Below are positions 29,561-38,047 of a stretch of 64,000 bases of DNA, piece by piece; position 1 is the stretch's first letter, and each line of letters starts with the position of its first letter. The notes beneath the pieces were generated by a model, which saw only the letters and a program-made list of their open reading frames with translations, made no database searches and had not been told where the DNA came from. The DNA is taken from assembly GCA_964637115.1 (NCBI GenBank), contig CAZWVL010000005.1, positions 31,360 through 95,359 on the forward strand, given 5' to 3'. This stretch comes from an uncultured Methanosarcinales archaeon (GTDB taxonomy: Archaea; Nanobdellota; Nanobdellia; Woesearchaeales; ARS49). The position numbers and the translations under genes were made by a program.

Positions 29561-30175
29561 TTATTTCAGGTTGTTCTTCTGAATGCAGTATTCTATAAAA
29601 GTCAGCATTGGAAGCACAATCACGTTATTTTGATATTTTATTACTGCTACAAAATTCTCTCTTGCTGCCACGCTTATGCCGAATTGTATGCCGCCGTGCG
29701 GGATGTGCATGTGAACTGGGCTCGAGTCTCTTATTGCCTGCAGATATTCATCTGCAGTTCGGATATGTGTATGTGTTAGCTTTTCAACTTCTATGATTTC
29801 TGGCTGCCATATACCGGCGTGTGCTGTTCTGTAGAGTATCCGTCTTAATACGCTTTCGGCTTCTGCTTTCTGCAATGGGGTTCCCCCTGTGAAAATGCAC
29901 ATATCATCTTTACCTTGTTTTATTCCTTCCATTCGTGTTCCAAGCGCTTTTTTTGCAGGGTAGAACTCTTCAATCACTTTGATGTATCCGTCAGTGTATA
30001 TCCCGTCTTTTATTTCGATACCTTTGCCTATAATTTCGTCTAATCCTCTTGGGTCTGGTGCAAATTTTACCTCTGGTTGCTTGGGTTTTTCAATTTCTTT
30101 TTCCGGGACATCTTTCCCTCTGATGTTGTAATCAATTGGGTGTTCTGGGTCCGCAAAAGGGTTTTTTGGTGTCAT
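29561..30175 (-). CDS. NPFADPEHPIDY-tag protein, copy 1 (unique payload)
   Basis: Starts MTPKNPFADPEHPIDYNIRGKDV. ATGA overlap with copy 2. Confidence 0.8.
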   Translation of the reverse strand: MTPKNPFADPEHPIDYNIRGKDVPEKEIEKPKQPEVKFAPDPRGLDEIIGKGIEIKDGIYTDGYIKVIEEFYPAKKALGTRMEGIKQGKDDMCIFTGGTPLQKAEAESVLRRILYRTAHAGIWQPEIIEVEKLTHTHIRTADEYLQAIRDSSPVHMHIPHGGIQFGISVAARENFVAVIKYQNNVIVLPMLTFIEYCIQKNNLK

Positions 30176-30480
30176 CTTAATTTATTATTCAGTGAGATGT
30201 TTTTATACAATTCAGTGATTTCAAGATTGCTGGTTTTTGTAATGTTAAATTTTTCTTTTGTATCGATTATTATTTTGGATAAACAACTTTCAAAATAATC
30301 CAAGTGTTTAAAATATTTCATTTTTTCCAAATCAAGTTTTACTTTTCCAATTAGACCTTCAAGGAAGGGTTTACTTTCTGGTTTGTTCTGTGGCTTTTCA
30401 ACTTCGTTAGGAACGTCTTTCCCACAAATTCCATAATCAATCGGATGTTCTGGGTCCGCAAATGGGTTTTTCGGAGTCAT
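30172..30480 (-). CDS. NPFADPEHPIDY-tag protein, copy 2 (short, AT-rich payload); start reassigned
   Basis: MTPKNPFADPEHPIDYGICGKDV. ATGA overlap at 30477-80. Confidence 0.7.
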   Translation of the reverse strand: MTPKNPFADPEHPIDYGICGKDVPNEVEKPQNKPESKPFLEGLIGKVKLDLEKMKYFKHLDYFESCLSKIIIDTKEKFNITKTSNLEITELYKNISLNNKLR

Positions 30481-31232
30481 TTTTTTGTTCGTACCCCACG
30501 CGACGCCCTGCTGTCGTAGTAGCCGTAGACGTTGCACATGCCGTCGAAGTCGGCACGGCCAACAGGCCGCGCAGCACCATCAGGAGGCAAACTCATGCGC
30601 GCTTTGAAGTTGCCTTCACGCACCTCTTGTGGCAAATCCTTGAACTTCCGCCCATAGATGGCTTGAACCAAGTCATCACTGAATTCATCGAGTGGAATCC
30701 ACGTGTTTGATTTTTTACCTGCAATGTCAAACTCCTGCTTGTCGACAAATTTGAAAGAGGAATTTTTCACGTACGTATTGCTGTTCCACACCAATCCTTC
30801 AGGGTCGAGATATGCGATGAGAATGTTTCCTTTGCGTTCGAATGCCATGCTGAACCATTCGCCATAGCTTGATAACATATCGGCATGCATATTTCTGAAT
30901 GAAGTATCTACGAGCTTTCCCTTTATACCATCCATGATAAGACCAAGTGCTTCCTGAGGTCTCGGGTGACGCTCAAAGCCGGGCTCAAGGCCGTCTATGG
31001 TCAAGCGAACCAAACTGTTATTGAAATAGAACAACATCTTTTCTGATGCTCCTTGCTTACGACATGCAAGCGGCTCAAACTCAATACCCTTGTAAGAGGC
31101 TGTTACGATTCTGTTTTGCAGTGGAGTTTCAGGTTTTTCTTTCTCAGCATTTGCAGGTTCCTTCACATCCTTCCCTCTAATATTGTAATCTATCGGATGC
31201 TCTGGATCCTCGAATGGGTTTTTCGGAGTCAT
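30477..31232 (-). CDS. NPFADPEHPIDY-tag protein, copy 3 (subfamily A, DGR-VR-like C-terminus)
   Basis: Tag, then a domain paralogous to copies 7 and 8, ending SRGVRTKK. Confidence 0.85.
   Translation of the reverse strand: MTPKNPFEDPEHPIDYNIRGKDVKEPANAEKEKPETPLQNRIVTASYKGIEFEPLACRKQGASEKMLFYFNNSLVRLTIDGLEPGFERHPRPQEALGLIMDGIKGKLVDTSFRNMHADMLSSYGEWFSMAFERKGNILIAYLDPEGLVWNSNTYVKNSSFKFVDKQEFDIAGKKSNTWIPLDEFSDDLVQAIYGRKFKDLPQEVREGNFKARMSLPPDGAARPVGRADFDGMCNVYGYYDSRASRGVRTKK
30491..30568 (-). other. Putative DGR variable-region-like segment, copy 3
   Basis: 14 of 16 codons end in C, between flanks identical to those at 36131-36205. Confidence 0.5.
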
Positions 31233-32023
31233 TTCTTTCCTCTTGAGATTTTTTGCGCGCGTATGCCGATGGCTGGTCCCAAATAGGTCATATCGGCAGT
31301 GGCTTTGATTCTGAACTGGCCAATGCCGGCTTCTCCCATGATGACAGCAAGCTCAGTTGTTTCTTGCGGCGTCTTGTCAAGGCGCCAAAGGTACGTGTCG
31401 TAACCGCTTATCCAATGATAAACATCATTGATTTCTTCTAGGTTGTCTGTGCCGAGTATTGCTTTGCAAGCTTTTCTGCCATGCTTGGAGGTTTTCAACC
31501 ATTCGTCTGGACCTATGATATTCTCGATTAATCTTTCAGTAGGAAGGTTATGTGCCACGTGATCAGGCGGGCCTATGTGTGCGTAATACGTGACGCTGGA
31601 AAGCGTGTACACCACATTCCGGTCAAACGTATCGTGCAGGAAAGTCCTGACTTTCTCCATCAATCCTTTGTGTTGTGCAACGTCTTTGTTCCGGTAGAGT
31701 GCTGTGAACAATGCGTGATACATCGGTGCAGAAACCAGCGCAAAGACTTTGTCTTTTGCAGCTTTCTTAGAGTAAGCAAGCCAACCGTCGTGATTATACT
31801 TCGCGCCTCCCAAAAGAAGCTCTTTGGCAATATCGATAACATAAGTGTCGTTCTTGAACGGTACACCGTAAACGCGATATTTCTCAGCGAAGTCCTCAAG
31901 GCTGAATACGGAAGATGACGGTGCAGGTTCTCTTTTCTCAACCTTTGCCTCCTTCACGTCCTTCCCTCTAATATTGTAATCAATCGGGTGTTCCGGGTCC
32001 GCGAAAGGATTGTTTATAGGCAT
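31229..32023 (-). CDS. NPFADPEHPIDY-tag protein, copy 4 (subfamily B)
   Basis: MPINNPFADPEHPIDY…, FSLEDFAEKYRVYGV, ends AIGIRAQK. Confidence 0.85.
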   Translation of the reverse strand: MPINNPFADPEHPIDYNIRGKDVKEAKVEKREPAPSSSVFSLEDFAEKYRVYGVPFKNDTYVIDIAKELLLGGAKYNHDGWLAYSKKAAKDKVFALVSAPMYHALFTALYRNKDVAQHKGLMEKVRTFLHDTFDRNVVYTLSSVTYYAHIGPPDHVAHNLPTERLIENIIGPDEWLKTSKHGRKACKAILGTDNLEEINDVYHWISGYDTYLWRLDKTPQETTELAVIMGEAGIGQFRIKATADMTYLGPAIGIRAQKISRGKK

Positions 32024-33702
32024 CTTGCCACCTGTTTGTACTTGTCGCTCGCCACTTTTACCATGAGTTTGGCCAAGTCATCATTTTTGCCAACGTAGTA
32101 GACTGCCACTCCCCAAGATTCGAGGTCTTCGCTGAACTGGTTTTTGCCTCCTATTTGTATGTGTGCAGTTGAGCATTGCTGTGCAAGTGTTTTGTAGTCA
32201 TCTTTGATGCTTTCCCAGTTGCCTATTGCTCCGTCTGATAACGTCAGCAAAAATGTTTCTTCTTTCACTCGTTCTTTTAATTTGTTGATGTCGAGTGTTG
32301 TTACGCCCCATTGTGGTGTTAACAGAACTTTGTGCGCTTCTTGTCCGCTTCCTGCAATTGTTTCTGAGCTGAAGTTTACAACTCCTGCATCCACGTATGG
32401 TGCTATGTGCTGCTGTTGCAGGTATCTTTCTATGCCGTAGTATCCTAAGAGTGCGTAGTGGTATTTGCTTTTGTCTCCCCAGGGAATGAATGCCTTATTT
32501 CCGACGTTTTCTGTATTATTAGGAGCCAGTTCCATGCTTCCGCTGGAGTCTATGACTGCCAGCCTGAAGTTTGGGAATTTCTTGATATTGTGCTTGTATA
32601 CTTGTTCTGTTTCTATCCAGCCCCTGTTCACCATTAATCCTACAGAGCCGTCTTCGTTGATTCCGACTGTTGTTTTACGGGTGAAAATGTCGTGTGCTTC
32701 TGGATCGTATGCTTCTCTTCCGTATGGTGCTATTGGGAATCTGTATCCGTGTGTGAACGTGTCTATTTCTACCGGGATTTCTCTTGCAAGGCTTCTGTAT
32801 AGTGCGTCCAGCTGTTCGTAGGAATCCCTGTTTTGTGCTGGTCCCCTGCCTGCCTTGTACCTGTTGTGCGCCACTTTTTCCTGTCCGTCTGGGCTTTTCA
32901 TTTTTTTGTCAAACGCGTCTTCTCCTATCATTGCGTGGAGCAAATGTTCTTCTTTCTTGTCGAGAAGCGGTTCCATTATTGTTGCGAATTGTTCTGCCAT
33001 TTTTTCCCAGCGCTTTTTTTGGTATAGCTGTTCTACTTTTTCGCTCACTTTGCCCTTTTGCACGCCCCAGTTAGTCAGGACGTCATTTACTGCTTTCTGG
33101 ACTGTTTTGTCGTTTGTGTACCATCTTTTCAGCAATCTTTTATCCGCCTTGTTTCCTCCAAGTGCCAAATTCAACCTTACAAATGCATCATAGAATTTTG
33201 TGTACTTGCCGTGCGTCATTCCTTGTTCGTTCCAGAATAATATTTGTCCTGCGTGGTCTGTGTGGAGTCTGCAGTTTAAATTCACAAGCACGTCTTCAAA
33301 TGCGTTTGACACGTGGTCTGCGTATGCTTCTTTTCCTTTTTTCCCCAATATTTTTGTTACGCTTTCAAGTATTGCATCCCTGTATGTTTCGTCGTATGGG
33401 CATCCTTTGCCCGAACTTCTTGGTAGTTCCCAATGTCCGCATTCGTGGTACAGTATGTCTTCGCACATTTTCTCAAGTGGTTTGGAAATTCTTTTCTTCT
33501 TGACGTATTGTTCTGTTGCCTTGTCTCTTACCGGCTGGTAGCCTTCTTTGACGTGTATTTCCACGTGCCAGTCTCCAGTGTCTATAAACGCGCTTACAGG
33601 CTCTTTTGCATCAGCTGTCTCGAACAATTTTAGTCTGCCGCCTACCAATCCTATCCTGTTTTTCTGCTTGTTCAGTTTTTGTTCGAGTTCGCTGAGGGTC
33701 AT
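32014..33702 (-). CDS. HExxH metallopeptidase-like domain plus C-terminal vWA (MIDAS) domain
   Basis: ILYHECGHWE and NAFEDVLVN. MIDAS elements IDSSGSM, GVTT and LSDG. Confidence 0.85.
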   Translation of the reverse strand: MTLSELEQKLNKQKNRIGLVGGRLKLFETADAKEPVSAFIDTGDWHVEIHVKEGYQPVRDKATEQYVKKKRISKPLEKMCEDILYHECGHWELPRSSGKGCPYDETYRDAILESVTKILGKKGKEAYADHVSNAFEDVLVNLNCRLHTDHAGQILFWNEQGMTHGKYTKFYDAFVRLNLALGGNKADKRLLKRWYTNDKTVQKAVNDVLTNWGVQKGKVSEKVEQLYQKKRWEKMAEQFATIMEPLLDKKEEHLLHAMIGEDAFDKKMKSPDGQEKVAHNRYKAGRGPAQNRDSYEQLDALYRSLAREIPVEIDTFTHGYRFPIAPYGREAYDPEAHDIFTRKTTVGINEDGSVGLMVNRGWIETEQVYKHNIKKFPNFRLAVIDSSGSMELAPNNTENVGNKAFIPWGDKSKYHYALLGYYGIERYLQQQHIAPYVDAGVVNFSSETIAGSGQEAHKVLLTPQWGVTTLDINKLKERVKEETFLLTLSDGAIGNWESIKDDYKTLAQQCSTAHIQIGGKNQFSEDLESWGVAVYYVGKNDDLAKLMVKVASDKYKQVARCL

Positions 33703-33722
33703 TTTTTCTCTCCTGAGATTTT

Positions 33723-34514
33723 TTACACGCGTACGCCGAATGCAGATAATTTTTCGTCGGTTAAGTCATCGGCGCAAATTTCGAACTTGGATATGCCGTC
33801 TCCGTCGTAGACGCCAAGTGCAACCACTTGCTCTGCTTTTTTTGTTGGTTGGCTCTTAAATCTGCGCGCATACGAATTCTCTTTTGTGACCCACTTGAAT
33901 ACTTCATTGATTTGTACAACTTCATCTGTTGTGTCCAGGAGCGCTTGTGAATATTCTGTTGCACCCGCCAGTACAATGAAATTTTCATCTCCGATTAGCG
34001 TTGCTTTTTTTGTGTACTGCGTTTTTTGTTTGTATTCATGGATGACATCATTAACGCCGTTTGGATTGTATATTGCCCTCGAAAGCGTGCAAATAAAAAT
34101 CTCTTCCCCGATGACTTCTTCAAGCGTTTGTCGTGCATTTTCAACAAATTTCTTGTACTGACGTTCTTCGTTTTTGTAAAGCGATCTGCAAATAGCGTAA
34201 ACCAATGGCGCTGAGGCAGCAACGAATTCATCAGGTTTTGCTTGCTTTGCGTGTTCTGCATGCTCATCTTGCGTCTTCTCCGGCAATACTGATTTTGAAA
34301 AATCAACTGCATAAATGCCGTTTCTATATCGCACTCCTGTAATTCGATAGGAATCTGCAAGCTCTTCCAGGCTGAAGTCAGTCCTGATTTGATTGGGCGC
34401 AGGGCTCACAGGAACCTTCTTTGGTTCGCTCTTTTGCGGTTCCTTTACATCCTTCCCTCTAATATTGTAATCAATCGGGTGTTCAGGGTCCGCAAATGGA
34501 TTTTTTGGTGTCAT
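33723..34514 (-). CDS. NPFADPEHPIDY-tag protein, copy 5 (subfamily B)
   Basis: Tag, FSLEELADSYRITGV, ends AFGVRV. Confidence 0.85.
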   Translation of the reverse strand: MTPKNPFADPEHPIDYNIRGKDVKEPQKSEPKKVPVSPAPNQIRTDFSLEELADSYRITGVRYRNGIYAVDFSKSVLPEKTQDEHAEHAKQAKPDEFVAASAPLVYAICRSLYKNEERQYKKFVENARQTLEEVIGEEIFICTLSRAIYNPNGVNDVIHEYKQKTQYTKKATLIGDENFIVLAGATEYSQALLDTTDEVVQINEVFKWVTKENSYARRFKSQPTKKAEQVVALGVYDGDGISKFEICADDLTDEKLSAFGVRV

Positions 34515-35335
34515 TTTGTTTTTGTTGCGCGAATGCCTAGGGCAATGTGTTGTGCTTCGTATGAAGTGGCTAAAGTCAAGAATGAATGATGATTAGGACC
34601 GCCACCAACATGTTGGTCGCCTTTGCCGAATACGACTGCGCAGGGTTTCTCTGGCTGCACAAAAGGACTGAAATCCACCATTGTGGGATATTCAACTAGC
34701 CATTGGTGCACTGCGTCAACGTGCCCGTAATCCTCGTTTCCAAAGATGCTCTTGCACAGGGGTTCTCTCGCATCGCTTCGAAATTCGTGAAAGTAACCTC
34801 TTGATGCTGGGAAACCTTCAAAATGGTCTTTTTTGCCTTCAGGGTCAAGATGGCAGCCTAATTTAGGCGTGATTTGTGAGTTTTTTTCTCCGAACGAAAT
34901 GCTCGACATCGTCATGAATTGGCTTCGACTTCCAAGTACGTTTTGCAGGAAAAGTTGAACCATTTTAATCTGTTTTTCGTATCTCGGATCGTTCCTGTTT
35001 TGATACAACGCGTCAAAGAATGCAAAATATAAAGGCATGCTTCCAACTCCAAAGCCGCCTCTACTTCTTGCCTGCGATGTGTATTCAAACCATTGTTCTA
35101 TGTTTTTTTGGCTGCAGGCTTCCAATGCTGTATAGCCGTCTAGGTCTACTGTGTAGATTCCATTTCCGTACTTTACTCCGTTCACGCGTATGAATCCTTG
35201 AGTGTCATCTATGCTGAAGAGGCTTGAAATTTCCGGCTTGGGTGCCGCTTGTATGACTCTTTCAACCAAATCTTTGCCTCTAATATTGTAATCTATCGGG
35301 TGTTCAGGGTCCGCGAAAGGGTTTTTTGGGTTCAT
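34511..35335 (-). CDS. NPFADPEHPIDY-tag protein, copy 6 (subfamily B, divergent)
   Basis: Tag, FSIDDTQGFIRVNGVKYGNGIYTVD, ends ALGIRATKTK. Confidence 0.85.
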   Translation of the reverse strand: MNPKNPFADPEHPIDYNIRGKDLVERVIQAAPKPEISSLFSIDDTQGFIRVNGVKYGNGIYTVDLDGYTALEACSQKNIEQWFEYTSQARSRGGFGVGSMPLYFAFFDALYQNRNDPRYEKQIKMVQLFLQNVLGSRSQFMTMSSISFGEKNSQITPKLGCHLDPEGKKDHFEGFPASRGYFHEFRSDAREPLCKSIFGNEDYGHVDAVHQWLVEYPTMVDFSPFVQPEKPCAVVFGKGDQHVGGGPNHHSFLTLATSYEAQHIALGIRATKTK

Positions 35336-36120
35336 TTCTCTCTGACTCCGCGTGAGGCTGCCTTTGTGTAATAACAGCCGATGTTAAATTTGTAGCTAGA
35401 TTTGTACTCACCCGTGCCGCCTATGCTTACTGGCCAAAAGTCTCCACCCGTTGGAATGCTTACTCGGATTTTTTCAGGGCCTTTTCGCAATTTTTCTGGC
35501 AGGTCTTCGAATGAGCGGCCTGTGATAAATCGTACAAATTTGTCATCAAAAGCTTTCAATTCCTGCCAATAATTTCCTACATTCCCGACATCAAATTCAA
35601 GGACATATCTGAATGTAAAATCGTCTCTCTTGTGGTATCCAGACCATTTTTTTCCCGAAGGAGGGTTAGCAAAATAATCCAAGTTTCGCGGCTCAATATA
35701 TGCGAGCAGAATGTTTCCTTTTCTTTCAAATGCCAGGCTCAACCATTCGCCCGAACCCTTGCCCATGTCATTAAAGACTGCCTCTAAATCTCCGCTAAGG
35801 CGTTTCTCAACGCCATCAATGATAAGTCCAAATGCTTCGTGGGCTTTTGGATGGCGAGTATAGTTGTTTTTCTTGATTCTTTCCAAACTGCCGTCATACT
35901 GCCATAGTTTTTTGAAGGAATTTTCGCCACGTAACACTTCTTTTTCAAATATCAGGTCGTTATAATTTGTGGCGTGCTGTATTGGAGCCGGGGATGGCTC
36001 TGGCTTATTCTTGCCTTCTTTTTCATCTTTTGTCGCTCCTTTCTGTTCTGGCACATCCTTCCCACTAATTCCATAATCAATCGGGTGTTCAGGGTCCGCA
36101 AATGGATTTTTTGGTGTCAT
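35332..36120 (-). CDS. NPFADPEHPIDY-tag protein, copy 7 (subfamily A); start reassigned
   Basis: Tag, RHPKAHEAFGLI, EWLSLAFERKGNIL, ends SRGVREK. Confidence 0.85.
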   Translation of the reverse strand: MTPKNPFADPEHPIDYGISGKDVPEQKGATKDEKEGKNKPEPSPAPIQHATNYNDLIFEKEVLRGENSFKKLWQYDGSLERIKKNNYTRHPKAHEAFGLIIDGVEKRLSGDLEAVFNDMGKGSGEWLSLAFERKGNILLAYIEPRNLDYFANPPSGKKWSGYHKRDDFTFRYVLEFDVGNVGNYWQELKAFDDKFVRFITGRSFEDLPEKLRKGPEKIRVSIPTGGDFWPVSIGGTGEYKSSYKFNIGCYYTKAASRGVREK

Positions 36121-36851
36121 TTTTTCTTGCGTACCCCACGCGACGTCCAGGTTTCGAGGTGACTGCCGCAGACGCCGTACCCACGGTAGCAACGGCCAAC
36201 AGGCCACGCAGTATTATCAAGAGGCAATTGCATGTGCGCTTTGTTGTTGCCTTTACGCATGGCTTGTGGCAAATCCTTGAACTTCCGTCCATAAACTGCT
36301 TGGAGTAAGTCATCATTGAATTCATTGAGTGGAATCCACGTGTTTGATAGTTTGCCTGCAATGTCAAACTCCTGCTTATCGACAAATTTGAAAGAGGAGT
36401 CTTTTACGTAAGTATTGCTGTTCCACACCAACCCTTCGGGATCAAGATAGGCGATGAGAATGTTTCCTTGGCGTTCGAATGCCGTGCTGAACCATTCGCC
36501 AGCGATTGATATCATATCAGTATACTTATTTCTGTATGAGGTATTAACGAGTTTTTCTTCTAAACAATCCATAATAAGACCAAATGCTTCCTGAGGGCGA
36601 GCATGCCTGTCGAAACCAGCACTTCGCACCCTGTTCAGGCTATCGTTGAAATAAAATAACTTATTTTCTGGTGCTCCTTGCCCAAGGAATGGAAGCGGTT
36701 CAAACTCAATATCCTTGTAAGAGGCTGTTATGATTCTGTTTTGTTTTGGAGTTTCAGGAACAATCGGTCCTTTTTGTTCTGGCACATCCTTCCCTCTAAT
36801 ATTGTAATCAATCGGGTGTTCAGGGTCTGCAAAAGGGTTTTTTGGTGTCAT
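36117..36851 (-). CDS. NPFADPEHPIDY-tag protein, copy 8 (subfamily A, DGR-VR-like C-terminus); start reassigned
   Basis: Tag, close paralog of copy 3, ends SRGVRKKK. ATGA overlap with the MoxR stop. Confidence 0.85.
   Translation of the reverse strand: MTPKNPFADPEHPIDYNIRGKDVPEQKGPIVPETPKQNRIITASYKDIEFEPLPFLGQGAPENKLFYFNDSLNRVRSAGFDRHARPQEAFGLIMDCLEEKLVNTSYRNKYTDMISIAGEWFSTAFERQGNILIAYLDPEGLVWNSNTYVKDSSFKFVDKQEFDIAGKLSNTWIPLNEFNDDLLQAVYGRKFKDLPQAMRKGNNKAHMQLPLDNTAWPVGRCYRGYGVCGSHLETWTSRGVRKKK
36131..36205 (-). other. Putative DGR variable-region-like segment, copy 8
   Basis: 10 of 15 codons end in C, with the same flanks as copy 3. Confidence 0.45.
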
Positions 36852-38047
36852 TTTTTTGCAGAGTTGGCTGTCCTGTTTAGGATGTCTTTCATGTATGCCC
36901 ATCTGCCCTCGAATTCTGTGAGGTGTTTGGCTGTTCCTTTTTGCGCTGACTTGATGGCCTGCATCAGCACGTCTTTCTTTGTTGAAAATTCGTTTCTGAT
37001 TCCGTCCATTACTGCTTGCATGGCGCTGTACGTGTTGCCGTCATAGTGTTGGTTTACTGCTGCAGGAGCAAGTACTCCTGATTGTGCTCCTATGAGATAG
37101 GCAGCGTCAAATACTGCTTCCAAGCTGTCTTGGTAAGCATTGTCCTTTGCCTTGCGCACTTCTTCGAATGCTTTTGCAAGTGTTAGCGTGCTTATTGCTG
37201 ATCTGGTGCTGAATGGGTAAATCAATGCTGCGTCGCTTCCCTTTGCATGGTTTTTCACGCATCCTGGCCAGGCGTTTTTGTTTTTGCGCTTGCTGTTGCC
37301 TTGCACGCTGTCAAGATAGTCAAGTCCGTGCACAAGGTACATTGCTGCCACGTATTGCAATAGTGTTGGATTGGATTTTTCTGTAAACTCCTTGTGTGCC
37401 TGAAGTATTTGTTCTGTCTTGTCCGTGCTTTCAGCTGAGCTTACACGTGGGTCTTTCTTGCTTATCAAGACGTCAAGCGTGTCGCTTGAGCTTTTTGGGA
37501 ACGCATCTGCATCAATTATCAGGTGCATTCTGTCAAGCAGTGCTCTGTCCACTTCTGATGTTCCTACAAATCTTCCATTGCCGACGTTTCCTGATGCTAT
37601 TCCTATGCTGTAGCCGTCTTTGCCAAGCTGGTATTTCTGTCCGTCTATTGTTATGAATCCGTCGAATAGGTTGAAGAATTGGTTTTGCACTGCCGGAATG
37701 CATCTTGTCAGCTCGTCTATTACATAAACGAGATGTTTTGCGTTTGCCGTAATTTCCTTTATTCCTTCTGTTGATTTGTTTTTGTCAATTTTGTCCAAGT
37801 TTAATTTGGTGAACATTTCCCTGACTGTCAGGTCATTTCTTCCTTGTTCAAAGAATCCTTTGTTGCCGAACAATCCCAAAATGTCATTCTCAAGCTGTGT
37901 TTTTCCTTCTCCTGTGTCTCCTATGAGCAAAAGGTTTAACCTGCCCAGTAAACAAGATTTCACAATGTCTTCCATTGCGATGCCTGGCACAACTTCTGTT
38001 GAGTTTTTGTAGTTTTGTAGTTTGATGGAGTTTAGTTCGTCTTTCAT
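36848..38047 (-). CDS. MoxR-like AAA+ ATPase
   Basis: Walker A LIGDTGEGKT, Walker B YVIDELTR, then QNQFFNL, IASGN and Arg finger DRALLDRM. Confidence 0.9.
   Translation of the reverse strand: MKDELNSIKLQNYKNSTEVVPGIAMEDIVKSCLLGRLNLLLIGDTGEGKTQLENDILGLFGNKGFFEQGRNDLTVREMFTKLNLDKIDKNKSTEGIKEITANAKHLVYVIDELTRCIPAVQNQFFNLFDGFITIDGQKYQLGKDGYSIGIASGNVGNGRFVGTSEVDRALLDRMHLIIDADAFPKSSSDTLDVLISKKDPRVSSAESTDKTEQILQAHKEFTEKSNPTLLQYVAAMYLVHGLDYLDSVQGNSKRKNKNAWPGCVKNHAKGSDAALIYPFSTRSAISTLTLAKAFEEVRKAKDNAYQDSLEAVFDAAYLIGAQSGVLAPAAVNQHYDGNTYSAMQAVMDGIRNEFSTKKDVLMQAIKSAQKGTAKHLTEFEGRWAYMKDILNRTANSAKK

Larger units (their letters stand above)
30110..36851 (-). repeat. Dispersed ~68-bp repeat encoding the shared N-terminal peptide, 8 copies ending at start codons 30175, 30480, 31232, 32023, 34514, 35335, 36120 and 36851
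   Basis: Copies read directly from sequence. Differences are mostly synonymous (CCT/CCA/CCG, TTT/TTC, CAC/CAT, ATT/ATA). Confidence 0.95.

Noticed and set aside
30110-36851. CRISPR array or attC-like cassette sites from the 8 repeats
   Set aside because: Spacing is 305-2491 bp, the repeats are in-frame coding sequence with synonymous variation, they are not palindromic, and no cas or integrase gene is seen.
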